Shown here: positions 13,421-26,600 of the stretch, in pieces | How the letters are laid out: each line of letters opens with the position of its first letter | How positions within the stretch are numbered: the stretch's first letter is position 1 | From: Phoronis australis | Taxonomy: Eukaryota; Animalia; Phoronida | Direction: 5' to 3' | Assembly: GCA_002633005.1 (NCBI GenBank) | Contig: NMRA01000233.1 | Coordinates: 496,001 to 560,000 of the forward strand | Length of the DNA: 64,000 bases | The notes under the pieces: model-generated | The model's input: only the letters and a program-made list of their open reading frames with translations | Told to the model about the DNA's origin: nothing | Databases searched by the model: none | Made by a program: the position numbers and the translations under genes

Positions 13421-16400
13421 ACAAATGTGACGATTTTAAGTCAAAACCAACTTCAACTTACATGCTGAACTAAGCTTCTATTTGGGTGTCTCTCCCAGAG
13501 CGGTTACCTTGTGTGATGTAATTAAAAATCAAGTGGAGGTTTTCAAGATGTTGGTTTATACAATGCTGTCTTCATGGTGAGTAATTAACATTATGTCTGT
13601 GGGACATTTCTGTCTGTGCTGACTCATTGCTTGCTGTTTATTGGGCAGTGCTGATCAAGACAGTGTTATTACAGCTTTTGTTTAAACAGTATTATTTTTC
13701 AATGTAATTCACTTCACGGATGAAAAGACAATGCAGACCACTTGAACTTCACCTTGAACCTCAGTGTGTGATTTGCCGCCATTTATTCTTTTTTCTGTTA
13801 TGCACTAGGTACTGTCACTAACTGTATTTTGCAATTCAAATTCGCTGACCCTGCTGAAAAAATTGTTTTCATGTCATTGTGTACCACAGATACATTATTG
13901 TCATTCTGACAGGAAATGTTCCATGAAATCCAGTGTTTGTGTATACCTTAGATGAAGCTGTTATTTATTTCAATCCAGAAGTTAATCAACCTCACACTGG
14001 GAAGCAGTCTTTCAGTACTGCCCACAAGAATCATCAATGTTTATTTTGAAATGTTGAAACTATTTTGTAACCAAAGTCGGTGTTTGTATTTCCCACTATG
14101 TGTCAATCATGGTTTGTTTTCTTTAAGTATTTCTTTCACCAGTTGTTATCAGGAGGTTAATGGTAGCCACTTGAACTATTTCTGCAGTGAAATTTCTGCT
14201 GCTTGTAACACTACTGTGTACATAATGTCTCATGGGTATAGTTTATTGTGGCAGCCTGCTGTTGGATATGAGAGTTGTCATTACTGTGGCGTTCTGGAAA
14301 CTTGAGGTAGGGAGTGCTAGAAAATGGCTTCCTTTAAGCTATTTTTTACATGAGGGAACAGTTGTCACGGTAGGACTTGCTCTTCTTAAGTCACATTTAC
14401 ATGAAGATTGTCTGCGCATGCTGCATAAGCAATAGGGAACATCCAAAGCATGTGGAATGCTAACGAATCACTCAAGCATAATAGAGATGAGACCCTTCAA
14501 CTGATCGAGTGCTAAACTCGCTCTACCTTTCAAGCCATTGTCAAAAATGGCCTCCGCAGTTTCAACTTGTTCCTATTTACACACACAATAACTTGCTCTC
14601 GATCAGGTGTTCCGTGTTGGTTGCTCCGTGACTCCTGCCTCCTCAGTAAATGTGTCTTTTGTGATGCAAACTTTTTTTTCGGTTCATTGTCACGATTGTG
14701 AAGTTACTGATGCCGAATTTCCATCTTTCCTCAGACCAATGGTCCTGGCTTTATCTTAGAAATTCTGTTTTCCTCAGGTTTTGAACATGGTAATGTAATT
14801 ATTAAATCCTTTTTAGTATTACTCTGCATGTGCCAATCATGGACCTGGTGGCCAGACTGGGGTCTGACAATGGACAGTTACAGGGAGCACAGAGTATTTC
14901 TCTGAACCCCTTTGTATTTGTGAGTATTTTGAATGGGAGTTTTTTCAACTGATCACGAAGTACCCTATGCTAGTGTAACCTCTTGAGGAGGAGGCAATTT
15001 TACTTTGGCTTGAAATACCATTAGATCTCATATTCTGTAAAATGGTCTTTTCATGAAGTCAGAGACGTTCCTCTGTGCCACCTGCTTGGTAGAAGAAGTA
15101 CCTCTTGATACAGCCAGGCAGCGGTGTGTTATGTGATTACAGGGCTCTCGTTGGAGTACCTGAGTTTAAATGACTGTAAACTGGAAACACAAAGCTTTAA
15201 ACTCATAAAAGTCTCTATTCATGAAATGTTGAATTTATTGCTGTTCAAATGTGGGCACATTTTGTTGGTATACCACCATAAATTCAAAAATAATTTTGTA
15301 ATCTTATTCAATTCCCATCATTTTGAACACAAAAACGTGTGATTATGTGTCCAAAGAGAATCAAAGTTTGATCTAGATGGGTTTGGCTTTCAAGTTCTTT
15401 TTGTGAAGTTTTTATATGAAAATAAGCGGAAACAGCCTGTTTAATTCCTGCCCAGATTCTGCAAGTCAATTGAAAATTCCGGAGCTGGCCTGATGACCCG
15501 ACATCCTTGCACTTTTTGTATTTTCTTACCGCCTAATTTCGCCAGGTTTTTGTTATTAGCATAAGCCTGTATAATCATTTATGTTCCTTTAAAAGTAATT
15601 AGCAAATTCCTTCTAAGCTTGATAGCCTCCGAATGTTCTCGGGTTAGAGATTAATGATTCCATTGGCATTGCTGAAAAGCTTAGCTACGAGATAGCACAG
15701 ATTTGCAAAATCTAGGGTTTTCTTTAACTTCTTGGTTCGCAGTTGATGGCAAATGCAAAGTTACGCAGTAAGTAAATGTTGCTTTCGACTATTGATTTTC
15801 TGAGTAAAAAGGGAGTTTTTGTTAACTGTTAGACATATAAAGGTATGGTCAATATCCCAAAGACATTTGCTATATGAACGTATTTCTGTATTACCTGTTA
15901 ACTTATAATTTCTTTCGTTAGTATCCTATGAAAGTTTTTTTCTAGATGATGAGTTCGTGCATTTTTATGTTCAAGGCTGATTGGCGGAGTTTTGCTAATA
16001 TTTCTTGTTGCAACAATTATTAAAATTTACATGGTTAAAAGGTTAGTTTTAGCAATTATTTTTTTCTGAATTGGTGATATTTTACTTACTGTGATTTGAA
16101 GATATACTAGATACCATCTACTCACATTTCAGTCATAGTCACCCATGGGTCTCCCTAATTTTAGAACCAGTTTTCTTCACTGCATAACAGGCATCAAACC
16201 TGTTTCTCCACTGTAGTATACAAATAATTGCAGGCTGTCTGGTACGGGTACCAGACATGCGCAAGCCACTCATGTGGGCCCATTGCACTGATCACCTGGA
16301 ACCATTTTTGTGCTTTATTAATATTTAGTTAAAACTGAGCTGAGGTCAGCTAAAAACCTGACTCAAGGGTCTAGCAGCGTGGCCCTTCTAAGAGACTATT

Positions 16401-18817
16401 GGCATCTCTGCAGTGCAACTTCCTTAAGTTTGAAATCCGAAATCACTACAAATTCACAAAAATGTCTTGTTTATGATGAGCAGCTGCGAACAGTGTCAAT
16501 TATGCACATACTGATTATGTTGATTATTAAGTAATGGTCGCCATTAGTTTTATTTGAAGTATTGCTCTTCAGCCAAATACGGTACTATGTAAAAGTCTGT
16601 GGGGTACTGTAGGATAGAAACTCTTGAAGAATCGTAGCAGAGCCTGGTATACCTGAGTCTGCAATGATAATGTGACCTTTCAGTTTGTTTTCTTGGGATA
16701 AAAATAATTTATGACTTCCTGGAACATTTGATAATTGAATTTGAATCCGATCATCTGTGCAGTGCAAATGAATGCCAACACCAGTTCCTCGATCCTTTAC
16801 CAGTACGTACATGTCACCGTAATAGAACCTTGCTTACGGTAAATTTTAAATACTCTAATCACGTTTAGAATTGACGCTTGTGCAATTCAGTACGAGGTAG
16901 TTAGGATAGTTATTTTCCAATGCAGTGGCGACTTACTTTAATGAATTTATTGAAATATGCTTTTTCGTTATATGATGACAGTATTAATGGTGAACAATGC
17001 TCAGCGCCACCTATAGTTCACTCCTGTGATTTGGATGGAGATTTTGGCAGCTTTTTGTAATGTTTTTGACATGATCATGCTGCCAAATAACCTCTGCAGC
17101 TGTGCTGTGGGATACTGAAATGATTCAGACAAAAATTCGAACATTGTTAACTTGTAATATGTCTTTGAACAAAAGAAATTATGTTTTGGCTTTGTCAACT
17201 CATCAGAATTTGAAATTGAGTTAAGGGTAACCCAGGCATCCATACGTTAAAGAGTTGGTTTTTTGGCGATTTTTTATGAAAGTAGATTAGTTTCTTGTGA
17301 GAACAGTTATGACGTTGTTCTCTACATTCTACTTCTGAGACAAGATGTTCAGAGATTGCCCATAGCTTCGTGGTAAATGCAAAGCGTCTGAACACTCAAT
17401 TTACTATAAAAGACTTGCAACTGCTTGGAGAAGAGACCAAATGAAAATGTGAGGTAGAGTGTATCAGTATTGATTTTTAATCAATAAGTCAGCTTTGGCA
17501 AAGGGTCAAGTAAGGATTTCATTGATTAGTAGTTGTGCATTTTCCAGCATTGTTGATGGTCCATAGTTTGTAGTTGAGTCATATTATTACTGACACTCCG
17601 CCACCTACATGGCATAGAAGTTGTAAACATAGTAGTAGTAATAATAATAATACTAGCATTGTTATTTCACTCACATTGGCATCATTATTAATGTCATTTA
17701 ACTATAAAAATGTTCGGTGGATAAAATTTCTATTCCCAAACTGAGCGGATACCAGTCTATCGCTCATATTCTAGTGGCTTCGGCGTGTGTTGTAAAAGAT
17801 CTCCATGATAGCGAGTAGCAGAATAGCGATAAAAACAGTGATGGATTTACAATTTGGCTTGACATGTTTCTTGGTTTATTAAAACATCAACCTCACAAGC
17901 AAAAACATTGGCCACCTGTTGGTGTTTCAATTAATGACAAAACATGTCACGTCGATGTTAATCAATCGTTGTTATCAATGTATGTCGTAAACCATGTGAT
18001 TTTTACGCAGAATTTTATACCTTTACACCGTCGTAATTTTGCCCAGTTCCCAAGAATTTCACTGTCTCGTGTTTTTGCCTTACTCCACAGAATTTTGTGA
18101 ATTTTTCTGTACTTTATTCAGCCATATCATACTTGTATTTCTCACATGACCTGAAATGTGTTACAACACGACTCGTTAATAACACCTAGTACGTAATTTT
18201 TTTGATATTACATGGGCAAATCACAAACTAGTGCAAAGAAGAAATCCATATGCCTTACATTTTATCGTCTGCAAAGCACTGAAGCAACCAAACGTGCGCC
18301 AGCCAAACAATGCTGAATTCCGAGAAGGTGACAAGATTATGAGTGACAAATCGGGTGTCGCAAGTGTACGTAACTCCCAGTTGGAAGGACATGCAAACAA
18401 CTTCTTAAATGGACCCATCTTCAGCGTTGAATTCCATATCCACGTTCATTCTAACGGAGATGAGCCCCAACTCAAGAAAAGCGGAGAGACTGTCTAGCTG
18501 TGCAGTCTCAAGGTCAATTCAGTGCTCACGAGCGAGGAAATCTTGCTGGCCGTTATTTGTAAAATTTGTTAAGTTTTAATATTACACAACTTTAAAGATT
18601 ATTTATTAGATTCTAACTTGAATATTTTCTACGAAAGCTGAATGCAATTTACAATTGTTAAGCTTAAAATAAAACTATTAACAAAAAGTAATTGAATTAC
18701 TTTATATTGCGCAAGCGTGTTTTTACAAAAGTTGTGTCGGGTGGTTGAAAGTTTAAACCACGTCAAGTTTTTTCGGCAAAAAGGTCGTTTTTACAGTTCA
18801 TGTGAGAAAACAAATCT

Positions 18818-18947
18818 TACACTCGTCTCAGATTTATGACATGGGCAAAACCTCTTGGAAATTTCCTCAAAATCCCTCTGCAAGCCTGGGAATTTTGACA
18901 AAATTTCCAAGAAGTTTTGCCCATGTCATAAATCTGAGATGAGTGTA
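18818..18947. repeat. Near-perfect 130-bp inverted repeat (hairpin)
   Basis: 47-bp arms with 2 mismatches (18818-18864 vs 18901-18947), extended inward by TCAAAATCCC / GGGAATTTTGA. Confidence 0.9.
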
Positions 18948-21886
18948 TGGTTCTCTATATATTTTGTTGGTATTTTTGAATGTAGTCCACCGAATACACT
19001 TGTTGCTATTTGGCGACAGTCAGATGTTTTGCTGGTCAAACCGGATGTAACTTGGTGGGAAAAGGCACACCACAGTACACTCTTGATGATTTCATTCAAA
19101 TTAACACTGGTCCTACGTTTATTGAATTTATCTAGAGTACTGAACAGCTGCCATCTTCCCTGACAATATTGCATAATTGATTTTATAGCTAATTAACTTT
19201 GGAAGCCACTGTTGTTGCATCCTGTACTGGATACTCAAATAACACAATCTATGAAGAAAACATACCTGATGGTGTTGAGATCACAGTACAGCAACCATTT
19301 CAGTTTGTTTTTAGGGAAGGGGTATTCAATACCATGAGTGCAAAGTATTTTTGTGCGGTGCTCATATTGGCGCAGATTTGTAAAGGTGGTTTTCTAATGT
19401 ATGTTGTAAACTATGTGATCATTTATGCAGGATTTTACGATGTTACATTTTTTTGCTTAACTACACAGAATTTTACAGTCTTGTATTTTTGCCTAACTCC
19501 ACATTTGCATTTTCACCTAATTCTCAAGCGTTAAAATTATTGCAATTGTTGTGCAATTATTGCTCAAAAGCTGTGTATCAAATGCACAACAAACCACTAA
19601 AATATACCGTCTGCCATGTAAAACCCACCTGCAACTTTTGAGTGGTAAAGCACCTATCCTTTAACATCCACCCCGTATATTTGGAAAAAGTGTTCCGTAA
19701 ACCAATGAGCTATACCAGGTATATCTCATTGCTTTAACATTCATTAAATCTTGCAATTTCATGAGTGATTCCGATGCAAATTCGGTTAAATGTTCATGAA
19801 GTGTTGCATTTTGGCCTTGTAAGTTCGCAAGAATTTGTAAGTTTTCACAAGATAAGTTGCAGTTCATCATCAGAATATGGATTATCGAGATAGGTTTATG
19901 TGACAACCCTTTTTGGCATGTAATTGAGTAAGTAGTGTGCGAGCATTTTCACAGCTATTTGGGTGTATACTCGATTAGTGGCTGTTGGCACTAACCTATA
20001 CAAATGCCCATGTCCAATTTTACACCCATCCCAACTATCTACATTCATTTGTGAAAGACTGAACACCCATGGACGTTAGTTTATGTTACAGAATATGTGC
20101 TAATCTTCTGTTGCTCACCTTGTGTTTCAAATTCCTTTAGAATCAAAACTTGTTTTTCCTCAGTTGCTAAAAAGATCAAATAGGTAATTGCTAACATTAG
20201 GAAATAAACATTTAACTCCCAGGGAAACCTCTTAAAATCATCATCTTCAGACACGTTGCAATAGACTTGCTGATTAGGGGAAGTTTTCTAGGAATTGTCT
20301 TTTAGCTTGTTATTTACCTTTTCTATTAAACCAAGGTTCACCTATCATTTTAATTGACTGATGGTGCTGGCATGTGTTTTCAATATAGTAGATTTCTGGG
20401 TTAAGACATCCATTAAAATTTATTTCCCTGGAGGAGATCAGTGCTGTAACTCTTGCTTGGCAATTACAATGTTTCAGGGCTAGACAGAAATAATTGGTAA
20501 AATAGCCAATTTTCTTTTTTTCATTTTTTTACATCAAGCTGTAAATGATGAAAATTCTACCGAATAATGACAGTTCAAGCCAAATTGGTAAAAACTAAGC
20601 GTAATTCTTTAGAAAGGTACTTTTGTCGAAGCATTTGACAAAATTAACGTTCATTTGTCTGCCAGATTGTGTCCCAAACCAGGGCACTCGGTCACGTGAG
20701 AGTAAAGGTACATGTGCTGTTAGAAATGGGAATTTTTCATTTGACGGGTAATTGGCCCGCCCCATCCCAGTCACCACCAGCTCCATACATAACCTACTTT
20801 TTGAAGAGTGATTCTAACCTTGAGATTTTTTATGTGAAGGCTGGAATTTTGCCAGATTTTAAAGATTTTTTCACAGGGATATGGGGCTGATATTTGACTC
20901 CGAAATGGAACCTTCATTAGGACTGAAGTTTTTACCATGAGTGCTTTTCAACAGCATTTCAGATCCTGTGACATGCTGGTATATTGTTGATGTTCTAAAA
21001 ATAATTCTTAATGTCAACAATTTTCGCCTTTAGTGTCGGCTTTATTGTGTGCATCTGCCAATAGCGTTTACCTGTGGTTTTGATGTAACATGAGAAACAC
21101 CAGGATTTTTTATGTATACCTGGTGAGTGATTATGGAAATTACAGAGAAAAAAGTACCTCTGACTCAGATGGTGGTCTGTCTGTGGCTTAGATCTAGGGA
21201 GACTAGCTGTCTTCGCATGGCGACTCCCAGAATTTTCTAGGATTTATGGGTGTCTTGTTATCTACTATTAGATCAGTGGTTGTTGACTTGGTTGTAATGT
21301 TGATTGAATACTAGAATGATTCTATGTAGAGATTGGAAAACTACTCATGGCAGCTTAGTGCATCATTGTGGTTTAATCTTACAAGTGCAGTAGTACCAAC
21401 ATTGGCTACATAATACTACGACAGAGCCCTTTGTTCTAACACAAATATTAGGATAAAAAATTCCTGACCACAAAATATGACAGCTATGTGAAGTTTTATT
21501 TTGTCATATTTTAAAAGATTATGGTTTGTCAAGGAAATTTTAATCTTTAGTCATAAGCTTTGATCGTTCTGTGGAGGTGTTGTACACCAATATTTGGTAA
21601 CTTTTACATTGTTTGCGGCAAGGTATTCAGTCTTTACGAAATAGGACAAATATCAATTTTGACGACTATTTTGTACAAAATAAGTGAACCATTGTGCCAT
21701 CCATTTCCGTATAGGTTTCTAAAGTTAACCTCAAATGTCAGTTAAGCAATTTATTTTTTTACACTCTCCTGAGCAAAATATCTTCTAGATGTTAAACACG
21801 GTAGATAAATTCTCTACGTTTACTCCAGGTAGCAGCGACTGCAAAACGTATTTGTTATTTCAATTTCAAGTGGATTTGATGTCTAC

Positions 21887-22370
21887 AGGCCCTTTCATTA
21901 ACTAACGTTGATGCCTCAATGTTTTGGAGAGTTGCAGTCAGAACGAACGGTTAACGTCGGTCCTGGATTGAAATTAACAGTCCCATTTAACTTCATAGTA
22001 AACAGGTGGATTTAACAGCAGAGCGTCGTCTACGGTGTGGTATGAACGGTCAACTTCGTCCTCATCGAAGTTATCGCCAGGGGCCACTGCTACCATTTAA
22101 CAATTAAAGGGGAGTGTCGTCGCTAATAGTTTCTTATATTTTGCTCTTGCTCGAATAATCACCAACCAAAATGTAAATGTTCTCAAATTGTCACAAAAAA
22201 AATCTAAGCGTGTACGGAATGCGTCAGCGCTACCTTGCGATTACTTCAATGATGACAGCGTCACCTACCATTTGCCGTTAACTACTGAAGCCGGTATGAA
22301 CGATTCAATTAACTTCGCAATTTACGTCGACGTTCCGCTCAAAGCAGAGTTAAGCTAATTAAAAGGGCCT
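21887..22370. mobile_element. PIF/Harbinger-like MITE, 484 bp
   Basis: TIRs AGGCCCTTTCATTAACTAAC / GTTAAGCTAATTAAAAGGGCCT, 3-bp TSD TAC, CpG-rich interior. Confidence 0.75.
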
Positions 22371-23563
22371 TACAGATCTGTTGCCTCACTCATGGTTGTA
22401 AATTTCAGTTGTTTCAATAATTGCGTGCAGTGTCACAAGCCATCCTCAAGGTCTTACTATGGTTTCTTTTTATTATCTAACACAACAGCCCAGCTATTTT
22501 AGCAGCATTGTCTTTGTTTTAAGTTCTTGTCTTAGTTGCTCCATTAGATTTCATGATGAGTTCATTTTCTTGTACAATAATTCACCTGTACGTACAAAAG
22601 GTTGAACTTTGCGCCGTTACCTTGGGAAAGAAAGCTCATTTTGTTCAGGCGCATGTCATTATTAATTCACAATCTAAATGGAGTGTAAAGATGTCTGGCA
22701 AAGAAATAAGATGTGTTAAACTGTGCTTTTGGGCATCACCGTTGATTAGAGGAAGTCTATTTTGTCACATTGCGTACATAGTCTGTAGCCATTTTCTGTC
22801 ACTAGATGGCGATAGTGTATTTTTTGAATGGCGGTCTGCATTCTTGTATGGATTTAAGGCTGTGGGATACTTGCTGTTACTTTCATGAATTGTGTACAGC
22901 CATCGCACTAGCCTCGGTAACATTGTGCCGTGGAATAAACCATTCCCACAAAAATGTCAAGCTTCTCAAAATGTCCATGAATGTGTTTCAGCACCGCGTA
23001 CTCAGCCTGTTTTGCCTGCCAATGTTAGAAAATTCGGTCTAGTGAAAGATGCTTTTGTGTAGTTTGTGTGTATAGTGTTGCTTATAGGGAGAGTTGTCTC
23101 TGACCAAATTCTGTGAAAGGGACAGTTCTGATGTATTGGCGACAGTTTTTGTTGAGGGAACTGGAGTTGGTTTTACCAAACTGCTGAACTAAAGCAAAAT
23201 GAAATTGGTTACTTATTGACTCCTGGCTTTGAGTTTAACGTAGGAACCAGTATGCTGGTTCTTAGGTATAACAGTCATGTAGGCTTACTGTAACGTTTTA
23301 ATCAAATTTGGACAAAAATTGCCAAATTTGTTAGTTTTCTTAAAACTGCTCAAAATTTCATCATGTTTGTTGATGACAGTTGTACAATTAACTGTGCAAG
23401 TATTGGAAGTTCTCTTCCTGATTATTTTTGTTAAAAAATTTTGTTCAAGTGAAATTTCTGTGTTCCACCATGTTTTTGCCTAAACTGAAGAAACTACTGC
23501 ATTTGACGATTTTTAACTAACCTTGTTGAAATAATTTGTTTTCATTTTTAGAGATGATGCATT

Positions 23564-23652
23564 ATGGGTAACAAACTTTGTGCCCCCTTGTGGAAGAGAC
23601 CAGACAAGGAGCTATCGCCATGGTCACGGAAGAAAGAGACACATTTGCTTAG
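23564..23652 (+). CDS. sif: Coding exon 1: [29 protein letters not shown](R); predicted N-myristoylation at Gly2, Cys6 possible palmitoylation
   Basis: Acceptor tttttag ends 23551, ATG at 23564, donor AG|gtaaat (phase 2). Resembles the Drosophila SIF type 1 N-terminus as I recall it ([15 protein letters not shown]). Not in the ORF track. Confidence 0.88.
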
Positions 23653-26600
23653 GTAAATTTTGTTAAAGGGTTCCACGCAGGTGGTGAAAATATCAGTGCG
23701 GTGCTATGCAAAAACCAATTTGAAAACACTCTAGGGGACACTTCTGAATCCCGCTGTGCTTTTCTGATTTGAAGCCTGCGCTTGCTTGTTTCAGGCTCGT
23801 TTCTGCATTAGGTGTCTTAGAAATTTCTGAAAGTCCAAGGTATTCATTGTGTCTGCCATCCGTATGCAGATAGTATTTGCGAGTACACTAACGTCTTGTA
23901 AAAAGCCGCAGAAATGGGATTAATGTTTATTTGGGTTTTATTGCAATTCTTCAGTCCGGAGCGATTTTCCTCAAATTTCAGTTAATGAAATACTACCGCT
24001 CTGCAGCCAAAATTGTGTGGGTTGGGAGTGGACGGGCGAGCTGAAAGGACGCAGATGCATGCTACTGATGGTGGTAACGTTTTTTTTTTTTCTTTAGTCC
24101 TCCCGATTTTTGTGGGGAAAGGTTCACACTGACCATTTCAAGGCTGCTTATCGGGCAAGAATTGGGCCGTAAAAGTTTCAAAGTTTCCGCGTTTTTTGTC
24201 ATTGGTCATTCCAAGCCCTGATAATTAGCACCGTACCATTTATATACTGACTTTCACCAAGCAGTTCCAAAGCAAGTATGAAGTGCAGCCAGAACTTTAC
24301 AAATTCGTTGCACGTTATTTCTGTTCCAGTATCAGTTTGCTGATTTTAAGTTCACTTTTATGCCATGGCTGTTTTTTCCTGCATATGTTAACCTCGAATG
24401 GGATTTGGGGATTTATTTCCTCGAGAGGCTGAAGCCCTGAGGGTAAGCAATCTTCCAAATCTCATGAGTGTCTGGGTATGGGAAATCACAAAGAACATGT
24501 AATAATCTAATTGTCACATTTATTGAGCAATAAACTCTACAAAAGTGAAAATATTCAACTATCATTCTACTCGACGTCTGTCATCCGTTTCTCACACGAG
24601 TGTCTTTAAGATGCTTTCCTATTAGAGGTGAAACTTCGGTAAAAGTGAAGTTTCGATAAGTTGGAAAGGTTTAAACTCCAGTTGTTTATCTGCAAGCGAA
24701 ACTTCACTGAAAATAGTAGGATAGTAGCGAAACTTCAGAGTAGTGGGAACCATCAGAGCGAAGCTTCGTTGAAGTTATTGCTAGAAGCGATATATGATCA
24801 CGCGAGATTCGTAAAACGTGCTCTTTGTTATTGTAGTGTAGCCGATGTGCTCTCAATAGACGCACTTAAATAAATACAAGAAAGCATATCTGATGAAGAA
24901 TGACATGGATCAAACACTCGTAAACGGCAGAACAATTTTCAGTTAACCTCGAAACCACTGTTCAATATTTGTTAGAGGGTACAAATGAACTGCGTCGTCT
25001 GGTGTATTAGTGATAACTTCGATATCGCTGTCTAGTCGGAAAGGTAAACGAAGTTTCGACGAAGGGGCTTTGGCAAACCGATGTTCCCTTAATGGGAAAG
25101 CACCCTTACACTCAGTTTCACTGAATGCCCATCATGGTATCCCCAGAAAATGATTAATGTGTAAGTCACTACTTAGCTGATACTTTGGGTTATCTCAGGG
25201 TAGCTAACAATAATTTCACACTTGCACCTAACAGTGATTTCACACTGGTACTGTAGCTGGATTAAAGTGTTTCTGTTGGTGTTGCTGTATTAACCTGATC
25301 TGAAAATGGTCGTCTCGTGCTTTGCATCTTCTGTATCATTTCGTTTTTTGCTCACAAGCGAACACTTAAGGCGGATGTAATTTTTTGTGTTCGTCAGCAG
25401 AAGCTAATTTTCTAAGCGACACAGTCTCTTGGCATCCGAATAACATTACGTAAAAAATCAATAAAGTACGACTGGTGATTTAACACCATAATTCGTCATA
25501 ATTAAATTGAAGATGAACCAGTGGGGAGAATGTCGTGTCAGTTAAATCTAGGATTAGTCGCTCGGCGACACGGCTTAGCAGTTATCACTATCCACGTGGC
25601 AAGTGGAATGACATTTTTATTACCAAAGTTCAAATTTGATTGAGAAAATCATGTACCTAGCATCCCCGCAGGACTGGAAAGCCTGTGTGTGATCTTCAAG
25701 TTAAATCAACAGAAAACATGAACATGTTGTTTGGGGAGACACCTTGTTTTCACAAGATGCGGAGGGTATCTGGATGAGCTTGAACAATTGTGTGTGTTGG
25801 GGGGGAGGGTGGCATGCGTGTCATGTGACCTTTTGTGTCCATCACATCGACTTTGTCACAAAAACTTGTTCTAATTCGAACAGCTGTCTTGCAATTTGTT
25901 TGAAGGTCTTGCATCATGCTTGCATTAGCATCCGTGATTGGCTCATTAGTCCGGTCTGCTAGATAGAGGCGTAGATTTAAGTTTACATTACGCGAAACTG
26001 GGGGCAGATAATCTTCATAGGGCCTATGTGTGCTCTATGCTGTAGTGGTGGAAACACTTGATATGAATTCGTGGACTGGATGCTTTCCAATCTTGTGTTC
26101 TTCTGTTATCAAGACCTGGCGTGCGTTCAGTAGACGCTAGGACCTACGCTAAAACCTAGTCAAAGTCACGTGTTGTTATTAAAAATACACTGTAATATCT
26201 CACGTAATCTCGCGAAGTCTTGCTTTTTAGCGAGGTCCTAGCGTTACTGAACGGGAGGCAGTTTCAATGTAATTTACTATCTGTTGCTTGTGGCTTGAGT
26301 ACTTGTGAAAGAACAAAAATCGCAGCTATTCCCAGCCACTGCACACACACTCGGTGTTTTGCTAAATAGCTGCACACCTGAACATAGGAGATTGTGTAGA
26401 CACTAGGAGCGAGTCTGTATTAAGCTTTCAGACATAAAGTTTAGTCGTGTTTTCAACAAAGTTTGAGCCACTGCAACATCAAATGTCTTAAAACATTAGA
26501 GATGATCAATAACTTTCATTTTTGACCTGCATATTTTGTGGGAAAGTTGTTAATTTCCCTCCAAAACCAATACTCCAAGGACGGTCCCATTTTGAGATTT

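Noticed and set aside
24380-24470. Imperfect hairpin around GAGAGGCTGAAGCCCTGAGG
   Set aside because: Probably a decayed transposon end; boundaries cannot be supported from this window.
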